From NCBI RefSeq assembly GCF_009914755.1, contig NC_060935.1: a DNA stretch of 64,000 nucleotides; one strand, written 5' to 3'. Made by a program: the position numbers and the translations under genes. Shown here in pieces: positions 11,844-27,293 of the stretch (its first letter is position 1; each line of letters begins with the position of its first letter). Origin of the DNA: the human T2T-CHM13v2.0 reference genome, Homo sapiens. The notes under the pieces were generated by a model. It worked only from the letters and a program-made list of their open reading frames with translations. It did no database searches and had not been told where the DNA came from.

Positions 11844-14429
11844 AAGTTAGGGACCTGGTGGCTGAGAAGCTTCCAGCAAAACCTCCTTAGCTCACCATCC
11901 TCAAAAGTCCTTGACACAGACACCCAGGAACATTAAAAATAAATGGAAAACGTTGCCCATGCCTGTCTAAAGTAACTAAGTACAAGGACTTTGAGGATTT
12001 CTGTGAGCCACTGAAATCGGTTTTAGAGGGCTACATTTATATTTGTCTTTATATTTTATTGCATTTTCATCGGACCTCAGTCGCTATAGATGCTGCTTCA
12101 TGCTCCAAGTAGTTCAGCTTGTGAATTTGAAGAAGGCTTTTGAGATAGGCATCTTTTAACACTAAACCACTTTTTTTTTCACACGCTTTTTCTCTGGCCT
12201 CTCAAGGAATCATTTTCTTTTGCACTTGAAGGAGCTTTTGTTAAGTGGCCTGGAAGTGAGATTGCTGTGCATCCATCGTGGCAAAATTAATCCAGGAGTG
12301 AAAATGCCAAAAAGGAACCAGTTGTTTCTATTCTGAACACTTCCTTCAGTGGTCTGAATGAGAAAGCAAAGTACTTCCTGCAAGCTTCCCTGTAGCTCCT
12401 TTGAGAGTTATCAATGCCTCCTTCTTCTAATCAGGGCCATCATCAAAGCTGAAGGGCGGCAAGTCCTTAACAAGCAGGAGACTGAGTCTTACAAAGAAAA
12501 AAAAAATGGTAGCTGATCTCATCAGTTTCCAGAGAAACTGCAATTGAATTCTTTAGAAATTATACAAGGGAATCAATGATGCAGAGGAAAAATAATTCAT
12601 AAAAGTGTTGAAAATGCACACACTCACAGAGTTTGCATTAGGGATAAAAGCATTAACTTTGGGATCAGGTAATCGAAGACTACTTCTCTATTACACATTC
12701 ATGATGCTTGGGCCACTCAGTCTCTGAGCTTCAGTTTCCTCATATATAAATGGGAATAATAGTAACATGTTATGTATAAAGCTCACAAGAGTAATGATAA
12801 GTGGGGAATGTTTAGCATGAAGGGCAACAGGTTAAAAACAATGGCAAATAGAAGAAAATTTATTTTAGTTGGACTTGTGCTGTAACAAATTTTGACCTTG
12901 ATATAAAGCCTCCTCTGTGTCCCCATCTCTCCTTTCCTTGTATACTCTAGCATTGCACTTCCACTGCGCTGAGAGCAATACTTTCTTGCTTAACTCCTTG
13001 CAATGGACTGTAAGGTCTTTGAGGACAATGACCATGACTACCTATGCCTTTTTCAGCTTTCCATTAATGGTATCTGCATAGGGCCTGACATTAGCAGCAC
13101 TTAACAAAAACTAATTTGATAGATACATTAAGCACTTTATGAATGGATATATCCTGTTTTGTGAACATAACAGAATATTTGAACCGTAAGGGCTCATCTA
13201 TTTAATGCTTCTTTTACACATGTAATTGCTATGACACAGGAAGACTAATTATTCGTTCACATAGTAACTTGGAGGTAGACTCAGAATTACAGTGTCTATC
13301 TCCAGTATCCTGAACATGGTGCTTTTTCTGCTGCCTCACACTGCCTCCCTTCATTATGCTTCTTTTTATTTAAATGTCAGAAAATGAGAAATTAGGGTCT
13401 GTGTGGTTTCTTATAAAGAGCTATTATGACTGATCTTTCTATGTTTACATTTTTAGCATAAATCTTTACAAAACAACTGCAATCTTTGCAGATAACTTTA
13501 GGTGAAGTGTATCCTGGGAATGTTTGAATTCATTGTCAGAGTATTTTCTGACAAAGCACATGGACCAAAGATCTGACAAAATGCTAATCAAAGACAAAGA
13601 GAAGCTAGTACCTTATAATGAAATCTATAAATGCATAGAGAAAAGTACACTGTTATATTTAGGACTTGGATGGATTCTTTTATGTGAATGCATATTAGAA
13701 GTTGTTGTTATTGGTTAGTAAAAAATAATTTCATAGCTGATCTTAAAATATGTATGCAGTTGAAAACGTATGAGCCCCTATTTTCGTAGTACCCAATATA
13801 AATCATAAACTTAGATACCACTGAGTCAGGATTTGTGATATGACAGAGAAAAGCTGATGTTTATGTATAAATTATGCTAGACAAAGAGCTGTTAGCAAGT
13901 TTGTTTAATATTGTTAGAGCAGTGATTAAATTGCTTAGGTTAAGGTTTGATTTGTCCACTTAGCTAAAATACTAGTTTTGAAGAAAAGCTACTTATGTTT
14001 GAGTTCAGGTCTGTCTCTTAGTAACTGTATCTTGTGATAACCTTATGGGTTTAATTGAGCATTAACTTATTCCTCTGTAAAATGGGAATGATACTAGTAA
14101 CTTTGCATGCCTCAGAGAAACATAAATTGGGTAATGTATGTGCATTGTCAATGAAAAGATACCTATCATATCACAGGATCAGTCATAATTATCAGCAATA
14201 ATAATGAGATAATGATTACAAATGATGATCTCTCACCAAGCATCTAGCCATGCCATATGCTTTTGCTTGTTTTATGCTCTTGATATACATGAAAATATCA
14301 AATCTAAATTATGTGTAATTTTCAACATAATGCTTAACGCAGAGTTGTCTAATTTATACTAGCCTATTTTCTCATGAGTAGTGAGATTTCCCCATATTCA
14401 GAATATGCCCCAGCATGATCTGTGCTCAT

Positions 14430-14799
14430 GGTATTTGCTGCCCTTCCCCAATGTCTTTGTCCCTGCACAAGGATTATACAACTGTGTTCTCATGGATGTA
14501 AAAGTGGCCATGTGATTTGCTTCAGCCAATAAAATGTGGATGAAAGTAACCTATTGTCGTTTCTAGAGTACAAGCTCATGGTTTCTAATGTCTCTCTTTT
14601 ATTCTCTGCCTCTGAACTACTAGTGCCCCAGATAGAGGCTGCTTTGTCAGTTTTGGTCTCATGGAAAGGATAAACAGAGCTGTACATACCCCAAAATGAG
14701 CACTTGATATTAGGCATAAATGATTTAAAAATATTAAGTCATTCAGATCCTGGGGTTATTTGTTATCACAGCATAATTCAGCCTAAGGTGACTGAAACA
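14430..14799 (+). mobile_element. MLT1-type MaLR solo LTR (old, MLT1J/K-like)
   Basis: ggccatgtgatttgcttcagccaataaaatgtg and terminal ggggttatttgttatcacagcataa..tgactgaaaca. Confidence 0.7.
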
Positions 14800-16954
14800 G
14801 CTTTATAAGATACAGAACTATTCATGCTACCTCCTCCTTAAAATACTCCATCGTTATCTGTGGTATAATGTCCAAATTCTGTAGCATGGCACTTAAAAAT
14901 TCTCATGCCCTGATTCCTGCCAAGGCTTCCCCAGCCTCATTGCCTGTGACTGCTCTCCCTCACACTACACCATGCAGCAATTTCAGACTGCGGCTAGTGC
15001 TCAGAAACCTTCATGCTGAAACATGCTTCTATGCATGCATGCACCTTACTTTAAGTAATCTTGGAAGATCTCTGAAAGGATTTTTCCTAAAAAAACCCGG
15101 TTCAAATCATTCTTTTTCAGGAAGTTGATGCTGTACCTCTTGATCTTAATAGAGATAAACAGCCCATTTTCTATATTCTTTCTGCTTCTGTTTTCTTCTA
15201 TAAATATACTTAGCACAAGATAGCAAAAGTGTAATGATTTAACTTCTTGAGAGCAGACTTAGGATCACATTTATTACTCTGTTCCTGACAATGCCTAGTA
15301 CAATGTGGACAGTCAAGAAATATTGATTTACACTTCCTTCATTTATCTTAAGGTGAGATAAAAAACACAAGTTATATGTTTGAAATAAATAGATCCTACT
15401 TTATGGCCTGAGGATGTTCCCATGTCTTTCCATGTCTGAGTTTCTGTCTCAGTAACAGCAATTTCTTATACGAGAAAGCCCTTTGAAATCATCAAATGAA
15501 GCATTAAAAGTAGAAGCTATTAATCACCTTCAACATGATTTACAAACATATTTTATTAGTTCTCCTTAAGTCCCACTGGGCAAGTATTAATAGGAGTTTA
15601 TTGACATAAATCTTTTAAAACAGAGTTTTCTCATTTGAAAACCAAATTAATGTGTCAGAATGCAGTTGAAATGTTCTGACCTTTTCTATTTAATCTATGT
15701 TAGTTCAGTGACATCCTCTCACCCTTATAATTCCCTCCTGAACCCTGTACTCATGTGAACAACTTTCCAGAGTTGAATTAGTCATATATTTGGGGAGAAA
15801 TATGAGAATTTTCCAAGTCACAGTCTTGTAGGAACCTTGAAGCCAAGGATTACTTTCCAGCCTTCATTGAGAATCCCTCCTTAACGTATAACTGACAGCG
15901 CTGCACATTCCTAAAACATTTCTATCAAAGACAGGCATTATGAGGCCCACTTTCTAAATGAAAATTATGAGGCCTGGTTGCTCTTTCTTGGTGCCCAACA
16001 TGGCAAGCCACGTGTACAACGGGACAAGTTAGGTGACAGACACAAGGGATTAACAGAGTGGCACTGAACTTAAAGCTCTGCCCTCAGAAACATCCAGACC
16101 AGTGGGAAGAGTGCCTCAAAAGAATGAGAAAACAATTATTTTGCCCAGCGTTATAACAAACTGTGCAAATCAAGTGGTGGGGGACAGAGCAGAGAGAGCA
16201 AACTATTGTGCCTGCGATTAGGGTAGAGAAAGGGAGAGAAGTAGATGAGGGAAAGGTAAAGGCATGTGATATCGAACTGGACTTTGATGGATTAATATTA
16301 CCATGGGGATGTGACAGAAGATACCGCATGTGCAAAGGCATGAGAATATACAAAGGATAGTATATTTGCAAACAATGCATGGTTTATCTCTAAATCAAAC
16401 AGAAGGAGGGTATAGTAATGTAGATGAGCATTCAAGAACATGGTCTCTCACCCCATGCTGCTGCTGTTTGAATCCTGCCTATACAACCCTTCAACTAAAA
16501 GCACTATCGCAATGATGGATTTCAAATTTGGGCGGGATTTGTAAACTTGAGAAAAAGATAGGCTCAATCTTAGGAGAGAAGAGAGATATTCCAAAATTCC
16601 ATAAAAGCAGGCCACATCTTTCTATCCAAATTAGTTACCATTGCAATCAAAATTGTTTTCCTTAAAAGACACAGACCGGCACAACACACATACACATACC
16701 CACACATACTGAGTGCTATGTTTCCAATTAAAGAATGCTTAATCAAATAATAGTACTCTCACAAGATGGGATATTATGTGACAATTTTAATGACATAGAC
16801 ATATTTACAATATAATCTTTAAAAATATAGAAAAAAATTGTAAACATTGTGATTCCATCCTGTAAAGAGGCATAAACATAAATTGTTTTAAAAATTAGAA
16901 GGGAACATACTAAATTGCACAATAGGTCTTTCTGGGTAGGAGGTCTCTGACTGA

Positions 16955-17241
16955 TTTTTGTTTTTTGAGATGGAGTCTTGCTCTGTTGCCCAAGCTGGAG
17001 GGCAGTGGCGTGATCTCGGCTCACTGCAACCTCTGCCCCCTGGGTTTAAGTGCTTCTCCTGCCTCAGCCACCTGAGCTGGGACTACAGCACATGCCACCA
17101 TGCCCAGCTAATTTTTGTATTTTTAGTAGAGACGGGTTTCACCATGTTGGCCAGGATAGTCTCAGTCTCTTGACCTCGTGATCCACCCGCCTCAGCCTCC
17201 CGAAGTGCTGGGATTACAGGCATAAGCCACCGCACCCAGCC
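16955..17241 (-). mobile_element. Alu (AluSc-like), within an old L1ME-like fragment
   Basis: Reverse-complement Alu with tctcttgacctcgtgatcc; degenerate TSD c(t/c)ga(c/g)tgatttt. Confidence 0.93.
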
Positions 17242-18014
17242 CCGAGTGATTTTTAAATTTATTTTTTCATAGGCTCTGTGTTCACCATTTTTTTTCTCAA
17301 ATAAGCATGTATGCTTATAAACACACACATAGAAAATGCACATTGCTAAAAATAAAACTATCAAATACAAAGGTGAGTGTCATAGTTTGTCCTTGATAAG
17401 ATTCGTTTTGCTCACAGTAGGCAAGGCAGTCCACTCACCAGATTTAAACATTCTCATTGGAAATAATTGAATCTTATTATCAAGAGTGCTTCATGAAATG
17501 CTTATGATTTACCCTGATCGACCATTCAAATGTGTTTCTACTTCAAGAATTGCCTTAACGCCTTACATAATGCAGGACTTGGTTGACCTTTTATAGAATT
17601 AAAGGACCATACAATTAACTTTTTTTATATACAGAGTTAAAACTTAATGAAAACGTGAGGTGAAATCCCAAGACTTAATTTGCAGAATCCTTTCCTACTT
17701 CTCATCATGAACTAGTAAGGCAGTTTCCTGCTCTCTCCCTCTCAGGCACGTTGCTTCTGATCAGAACATGATTTGCTCAGTGCATCCAGGTAGCCCATTC
17801 AGAAGGCAAGCACAGCAAGAATTCTAGAGGTGTGGAGCCAAAGGAGAATGGGAAAGGTTCGAGCTCCTGGGTGTGACAAGCTCCTCAGCTCTCTGACTCC
17901 GGAGTCAGACAAACCTAAACTCAAATCTCAGTTCTGTACTTACTAGCACCATAAGTGAAGCAAACTATTAAATTTCTAAGTCTCAGTTACCTTACATTTA
18001 AAATGGAAATAATA

Positions 18015-18363
<349 letters not shown>

Positions 18364-18619
18364 TCATTCAGAAGCTTGATTAAGACTCTGCCCATAAATC
18401 ATCCTGGAATATTTTTAAGGGCATAGTAAATATTAGTTGACTTATTAAAAACTCTCCCTATGTAGTCCATGTTTATGCCTCCATCTTTGGGTCATGCCAT
18501 TCTCCCCGCTGCCCCTGTCCTTTTCCCCTGCTCCTGTTCCCTCAGTCTAAGCCATGTGGAAATACTGGCCACTTCTTCACCATCCTACTATTTACTGCTT
18601 ACAGACAAAGCTATTGGTA

Positions 18620-19046
18620 TTTTCCATAATCCTGTCTCCTCATCTTCCACAATAATAGAATTTTCACTGGACAAATGGCCTCCAGGAGCATATACCACAA
18701 ATTCCAGCTTTCTTTGCTGCTAAATGTCCCCAGATTTTGGGAGATGAGACATAAAAGAGAGTTTAATGGGGTGACTTCCCAAAGTGGTCTTTAAGAGAGA
18801 GCTAGGGTACATACTTCAACCCACCCCTTTTCCCTCCTTTTCGTTAAACTGCTGCCTAAATACAGATTACAATTTGCACCAAGAAAATGCGGGTCACACC
18901 CAGAGATAGTAGAGAGGTGAGTTAGAAAAAGTCCTGAGGACTGTACCAGCTTGAACTTTATGTGAGACAGAAATGAATGTCTCTTTTGCATAAACGAATA
19001 TTATTTGCTATTTTTCTGCTAGTTACAGCTAAACCTAATCCTACTT
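18620..19046 (+). mobile_element. Old ERVL-type solo LTR (LTR33/LTR16-like)
   Basis: cttccacaataatagaat.., ttatgtgagacagaaat.., terminal gttacagctaaacctaatccta. Confidence 0.5.
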
Positions 19047-20929
19047 GAAAGAGTGCCAAGCTCTTTACCCATGTGGATGTTTCTGCCTAGAATGCTATAC
19101 CTTGGGTCTATTTTTCACAGAAGATTTCTACCATTTTCTATGTGGATGCAGTCCAAGTATTGCCTCCTATGGATTCCTTCCTGAGTTCCATAGGCCAGGC
19201 AAGACTCGGCAGGTACATCATCTCTGTGATGGTAATCATCACCTTGCATTTTAATGATTACTTTTCTTGTTTGCCTCCCTCTCTACACCTTGAGATCCTT
19301 AGGGCTAGGGGTTGTGCCTCATTTATTTCTTGATTACACATGCCCTTAGAGAGTCTGGTCTATGGTAGGCATGCAATAAACCTTTGAATTAATGAAGTGG
19401 TTAAATAAACGACTGGCAAAAAAAAAAAAAAAGAAAAAGTAAAAGAAAAAGAATTACTGAGAATTTCTCTATCACTATTCAGCTAGGGTCCTCACATCAC
19501 TCAATTTTTTTTTTTATCCACTCATCCCCTCCCGCAGCAATAGAAAGGAGTTGCTTCTGCATTGAGTAACGATTGCCTTCAGAGTTTCTTAGTCACATCA
19601 GAATGCCCTCCTCCAAGCTTTGCTGTAAATTCCTATTGATTTTTCTAACCAGAAATCTCAGCTCCACTGATGTGCCTGCAAAGGAAGGTAGGAGGAACAG
19701 TGTGAAATCTATCCCCTACCTAAATCTTCATTACCTTCTGCTGTTCTTGTTCCAATATGATTCAATTACATATTATGTTCTCAAGTTTTTCTTTTTTTTT
19801 TTACTTTAGGGCTGCTTATGAAAAATTAAACTAGTTACATGAAAGAGATTATATTGCTGTTCTTCTACATCTCAGAAAAAAATGAATCATCAGAAACTAG
19901 AAGAGACGAATACAAGTTATTTTGATTTAAATTTCAGATTAGTTCATTGGTGGGGCTTATGTGCTAGTATATTGCTAAAACAAATTTTCTTAAAATATCA
20001 ATACAAAAATGTAATTAGATCTTCTTTTGAGGTCTTATTTCCTCCAATCTACAGAATATAAATTGCTTCCTAAAGACTCTCTACATTACCAAATAATCCA
20101 TATTGCTTAAATTTTTGTATGTGGTAAACACAACCCTGTCTGTATTATTACAACTCAGACATGTTTAAATTCATATTCAATTGGCTTCAATTGTGGTGGC
20201 TTCAGCCAATTGAAAACGGATTTTAATCTAAAATATACGCTTTCAATGGTTCAAAGGATTTTAGAATTTAACTTTACTTTTTCAGTTGGCTCTTTAAGTG
20301 ATATGGGGATGGGTGAGGAGAACACAGGCTTGCCTTGATTATAACATAATTCAAAATGAACTATTTGTAGCCATCATTCTCAAAGCCCCTAAGCAGTGCA
20401 AACTGGTTAGCATTAACTCTTTATAGACTTGGGGCAGTCTATTTATACAGTGCTTATATTTTGAGTCTTACAGTCATTAAGTTCAATTCAGTACATTTTT
20501 TGAACACCTACTTGATGTCAGTGTTTGCCAGGTAGTGGGGGAACTCTCTGAGATAAACATAGTACAGCTTGGTTAGATACAACACAGTCTGGCCAATTAT
20601 GAGGGGAAAGGCAAAGTTCAATGAGCAACACGGAAAGAGCACCTAACTCAGTGGTGGCTGATTAAAGACACCCTTTCCAGAAGACCTATTATTTTCCTTG
20701 AAATTGTGAAGACACAATGCAGCTGCTCATGCAAAGCAGTAAAGAGGAAGAGTGCTCCAGACAGAAGAGGAGTTGAGGGGAAAGAGATGAGGCTGGAAAT
20801 ATAAGAACCTTCTAAGTTACTTAGCATCAATTCCGTTTTGTAGCTTTGTACTTGGATCAGTTTAGTCTGCAGGCCTTCTGCAGACTGAGGAGCAAGAGTC
20901 ATGTTTCCATATGATCCTGAGAGGGAATA

Positions 20930-21860
20930 TTTATGGTAAGTAGGCACGTAGACTCCACAGTCAGGCCACCCGGGTTGGAAACCCAGCTCTACTACTTCAA
21001 TGATTCATTTATCTGTTCATTATTAATCAGCAATCATTTATTGATTATCCACTATGTTCCAGGGATTGTTCAAACACAAGATACAACAGTGAACAAAACT
21101 GATCAAACCCTTGTCATCATGTCGCTCATCATCTAGTAGGAGGAGGTAAACCACATGAATAAGCACAATATTTGGTACTTTAGAGCAGGATGTAACTGGG
21201 AGTATAGTGGGAGAGAGCCCTGGTGTTACAATTTTAAGTAGAGTGGTTAGGGTAGTCATCAATGAGAAGGTGACATTTGAGCAAAGACTAGTAAGAGGTG
21301 ATAGAATTCACTGTGCAAAGGTCTTTTTCTTTTTCTTTTTTTTTTTGAGACAGAGTCCTGCTCTGTCTCCCAGGCTGGAGTGCAGTGGCCCCATCTCGGC
21401 TAACTGCAACCTCCACCTCCTGGGTTCAAGTGATTCTTCTGCCTCAGCCTCCTGAGTAGCTGGGACTACAGGTGCCTGCCACCACGCCCAGCTAATTTTT
21501 TTATTTTTAGTACAGACGGGGTTTCACCATATTGGCCAGGCTGGTCTTGAACTCCTGACCTTGTGATCTGCCCACCTTGGCCTCCCAAAGTGCTGAGATT
21601 ACAGGCATGAGCCACCTCGCCCAGCCTCATTGTGCAAAGGTCTTAAGGTGAAACTGTGACCAGCTCTATAACCTTGGGCAAGTTGACATGTCTCTGATTC
21701 GGTTTCCTCTGTTAATTACAAACAATAATAATAAAAATAATAATGAAGTCATAGGGTTGCTGTGATAATTAAATGAGTTAGTGTATGTATCCATTCCTAG
21801 AACAGTGTCTGACACAGAGTAAGCATTTATCTAAGTACTTGCTACTATAACTGTTATTTT
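20930..21860. mobile_element. Nested MIR(+) / L2(-) / Alu(-) cluster
   Basis: MIR 5' part 20930-21000 and 3' part ~21655-21860 flank an L2 3' end (ttcatt..catttattga..) carrying the Alu. Confidence 0.65.
21326..21626 (-). mobile_element. Alu (AluSg-like)
   Basis: Full reverse Alu; TSD tca(c/t)tgtgcaaaggtctt at 21308-21325 and 21627-21644. Confidence 0.95.
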
Positions 21861-21999
21861 CATGCTATTTTTAAACTGGGTCTCTGATGTTGCTTCTTTC
21901 CTTATAAAAAGTCTGCACAGTTGCCCGTTTCCTTTCTTTGCCTCTTTGTTAGAGAGCTAGTTCAACAGCAAGACTTATCACTCATTGTCCAGCGTATGT

Positions 22000-22655
22000 C
22001 CCTAATCTGTTATCTTCACACCATTTCCACTGCCATTGGCCTAATCTAAGGTGTTCTGTATTACTCAAAAGCCTCAGTTTGTCTCCTTGCCTCCTTTCTT
22101 GTTCTACTACAGACAGTTCTTCATGCAGTGTTCTCTTTTAAATGTAAAGCAAATCATGTTTCTTTCCTGCTTAAAACGTTCAGTAGCTTCCCCTTGCATT
22201 AAAGATAAAATTCAAACTTATTCTTTCATTCTGCAAAGCCCTGTGTGGTCTGGTCCCTACCTCCCTCTGCTCCAGCCAAACTGACCTTCTCTTGGTTACT
22301 TGAAAGAGCTGAGCTTGTTCCTTCCCTGGGGCATTTCCTCTTGTTGTTCCCTCAATGTAGAATGGTCTCATTTATATTTGCATAGCTGATGCTTCCCTGC
22401 CATTCAAGTGTTAGCTTAAAAGTCATCTCTTCAGAGAGTCTTTCAGTGACCACCCAATCTAGAAGCAATCTCCAGTCACTATCCATTACATTAGCCTGAA
22501 TTGTTTTCTTCCTGGGGTTCTCTTTCTATTTGTTTATCTGGCTCTCCACCTCTAGAGTGCAAGAATATGGATTTTATCTGTCTTGCTCATCATCATCTTC
22601 TGAGGACCCAGCACTGTAACTGGCCCTGTTGAATGAATGAATGATGAATGAATGG
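22000..22655 (+). mobile_element. L2 3' fragment
   Basis: L2 3' region motifs (aaatcatgtttctttcctgcttaaaac..) ending in gttgaatgaatgaatga tail. Confidence 0.8.
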
Positions 22656-24436
22656 ATTAAAGGCATTGTCTTGGCTAAAGGCTCAGAGATGGGTAAGACA
22701 CTGAGGCTTCTCTCAGATCAGAGTATGCATACAAACTGATGCTGGCAATCATTATAGAGACAAGGAGGGCACCCTCATCTATCAGGGATTTAAGTTTCAC
22801 AGTCACAACAGATGGCTTTGGGTTCTGCTATTCCTTACCAATGCGTATATTTAAAAATATATTTAGTTTCCTGAATGTGTTCTGTCGATTCCACTTCACT
22901 ATCTTTGTACATGTTTGGAATACATTTTCCTCCTTTGTCCACCTGGAAAATTCCCAGTATTACTAAAGAACTAACTTAAATATCACCTGCAATAAAATTA
23001 TTTTTCTGAACCACCTGCTTTATGGAACCACTGGAATTCCTGCAAACCTCAACTTCGGTGTTTGTCATGCCATGCTACAATTATTCATCTACAGACATTT
23101 CTTTCTATTCCAACCTATGAATGCTCTTAGAGTAGGGAACATATGTTAATAATCTTTGTATACATAATGCTTCATGTCATAGGTGCTCAGTGCTTGGTGA
23201 ATGGGTTGATGAAAGGACAGATTTTTTGCTATTTGTCTCATGTACTACAATAGCATTAAAACAAATGTGCTGCTACGACCGAGTCTAGACCCAGAAACTG
23301 GAGTTTGAACAGGTGCACTGTTTTTAAAACAAAAGTCTACATATCTTTGTATTTGGAGTAGACTGGCTCTAAATAAAACTATGACACAGAAGTGGGCTTG
23401 ATAGAATAGAGCTTTAAAGATTGAACTCATGTTTCATTTTAGAATGGGGTACTGTCTTCTCAATTACTTAATCAATAGATGAACTGACATGCTTCAGGAA
23501 AATTACCATTTATCCTAAAGCTAAAATTAAATATTATGGAATAAAATGTAGTTTTGTGTCACAACTGTCTATATCTGATGTAAATAAAGACATATAAATC
23601 TCTCTCTCAATCTTTAAAATGGGTCATAAAAACATGCAGTTCAAACCTAGATAACAAAAATGGAACAAAATTTATGGCATAACTAGTTTATAATATAATC
23701 TTTAAAAATTTAAGATATTTATAAGCACAAATGAAGTCAAATTTATACCAAAAATGTGAAGCATAAATTATGGCAATATTTATCAATTTTAGTCATGTTG
23801 TAAACACTTTCATTTAATTATATCAAATGTCTTTCAGAAAAATAATTTAAGGTGATTTACAAAAGTCATAATCCTCCCAAAAAAAAACAGAGTTAGAAAA
23901 ATTAGAATTATGGACTTCTTAAAAAAATATTTTTAGTCACTTTGGAATTATTACTGGAGCTATGAGGTAAAAGTAAAATTTGACTGTTTTCTGTTAGCAA
24001 TGACAAAAATAGTAATATAATACTCTACGTATCTCTATCAGAAAAAAAGGATGCTTGCTTCAAGAACAGAAAAAGTTTTCCTAACGTTAATTCTAAAGTA
24101 AGCTTGTCACCTATAAAAGTTGATATAAGGTGGATCATGTGGCTTAAAGGATAATGCTCTAGGAATTAATGAAGAAAAATCTTAACAACAACAATAAAGA
24201 CAGCAAGGATGCAGTTTTTAGGATACTCATGTGATATCTAGCATATGCCTGGCTATATTCTAGGGACTTTATAAGACAGTATCTGCCTTTATTCTCTATA
24301 ATCTTTCAAAGTCACCATTTTTAAGTGAGAAAAGTGTTCACAATGACACAATAACATTTTGAATACTTTTCTGACTCTAAGGTTTATGCATTTGCCACCA
24401 TAATGTGGTAGCAACAAATGTAGAGGTGTTTCATAG

Positions 24437-25205
<769 letters not shown>

Positions 25206-26966
25206 ATAGTTCAGATTATAAAATTAAAGCAAAAGTCATCAAGTACAACTTAACTGGGAACTATGCTAATCTATTTTAAAGTGTTGCTTTCTTCCGCTTA
25301 TACGTTGCTACACAAATAATACTTAGATATCCTGTAGTATATGGATGCCATTCACCACCCTTCTCCCTTCCTTTCATGAGCAGCTGGACAACCACACACT
25401 TTGCCTGTGTACTCTGACAGCATCATGAACTGCCAATATGCAAACTGAAGCTCAGTACTGCTGCACAATCACTATGCTAGGTGTTTATATCTCATTTAAC
25501 CTCACTATGAAGGGCCCTTATTCTGTTACTATTATTGTTTCAACAGATACTGAGTGGATATTTACTGTATTCTGAGAACCATACTATGCATGTAACCACA
25601 TGCTTTACAAAAATGCAAGTGGAAGAGTCAACAGTTATTATAAGAGCTGAAAATCCTACCCAACAATTTAGCCATACACCTCGATTACTTGTAGAACAGT
25701 GGGCAGTTTAATCTCTATGGGAAATATTCAATAATGTTTTTGACATTTATAAACTTTTGCATAAAGTACACAGAAATGGATACATTAATGAATTTATAAT
25801 ACATATACTCAAACTTCCATCACTTATGCTTTCCCCAAACCACTAATTATCACAATTGCCAAACCAGAGCCAACCATTTTATACATGCTGAGACAGGACA
25901 AGTAAAAACTATCATTTATTTGAGGAGGATGACTTGGTGACATTAATGCACCAATTAACATGTTTTCTAAAATAAGACTATAAAAGGGCATGAATAATTT
26001 CCTGGTTTACTTCATGGAAGAATTAATGCTTATCTATAACAGAAGATCAAAACTTTCTAACCAAGTAATCTTCAATTGCATGGAAATTGTACTTCAAACA
26101 TCATCTACCCTGGAATGTTGCAATTTGTGAAAATTGCTTTGGAGTTTTTACCATTGGGTTTGTGAAGGAAGCATCTTATAATCAGTGGTAGAAATGTGCT
26201 TCTAAAAAGCCTTACAGAAAATTCATTCTCAGGAAGATCTTAGAACAGGTAAGCTCCCCAAATGCAATTTCCAGCATTAAAGAGCATTGTTATTGATGTT
26301 TTATACTTCACCTGACTAACCACAAAAGGTAAGAACCCTTCCACCTAAAATACTCAGAGTCACTGCTCCTTGCCTCTTCTCTTTCACTTACCTGATGTGT
26401 GGCTTTGGAATTGAAGTCTAATTGTCTTCAGTTGGAAGTAAATAGCAAATTCTTTCAAGGAGGCAGTAATACTCAAAGTTATAAATGCCCGAATCTTGCA
26501 CTCTCCAGCACCCGCTGCTACCTACAATAACTCCACCCTGGCTGTAATGGGCAGTTTCTTCAGAGGGCTAGTATTCTTGGAACAATATTTTTAATATATT
26601 TATCCAAAAAGGACTAGGTGGCACTGAGTTACCATTACACATAGATCACCAAAGAGGTTATTTCATAGCAGGGATTTATTTTATGTTGTCAAAATGAGAG
26701 AATAGTCTAAATAAATTGAAACTGGACTTTATTGGTTTCTCTCCTCCAAGAAGAGGAAATTATTTTGTTGGAGTGATGTAGGATCATGAAGGCAGTGTTA
26801 TTACTCCTCTGGATGTTTTGTTTAGTAGTCAGGGAAAGGAATGAAATTAACATTTATTGAGTTCTGTATAGAAGCTGGGTACTGTACTAGGCATCTATAT
26901 GGATTATATTTAATTGAAATTCTATAATAATCCTGAGAGGTCTGTGTCATAATTCTTATTCTCTAT

Positions 26967-27293
26967 CTTTTTTTTTTGAGACAGAGTTTTTTTTTTTTTA
27001 CATTTTGTCTGTTTTTACATCTGCTCTTGTCGCCCAGGCTGGAGTGCAATGGCACGAGCTCAGCTCACTGCAACCTCCGGCCCCCCAGGTTCAAGCGATT
27101 CTCCTGCCTCAGCCTTCCGAGTAGCTGGCATTACAGGTGCATACCACCACATCCAGTTAATTTTTGTGTTATTAGTAGAGACGGGGTTTCACCATGTTGG
27201 CCAGGCTGGTCTCGAACTCCTGGCTTCAGGTAATCCACCCACCTCAGCCTCCCAAAGTGCTGGGATTATAGGCATGAACCACTGTACCCGGCC
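26967..27293 (-). mobile_element. Alu (AluSq/Sp-like) with ~35-nt internal insertion, inserted in a MIR
   Basis: Reverse Alu; TSD tcttattctcta on both sides. Confidence 0.93.
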
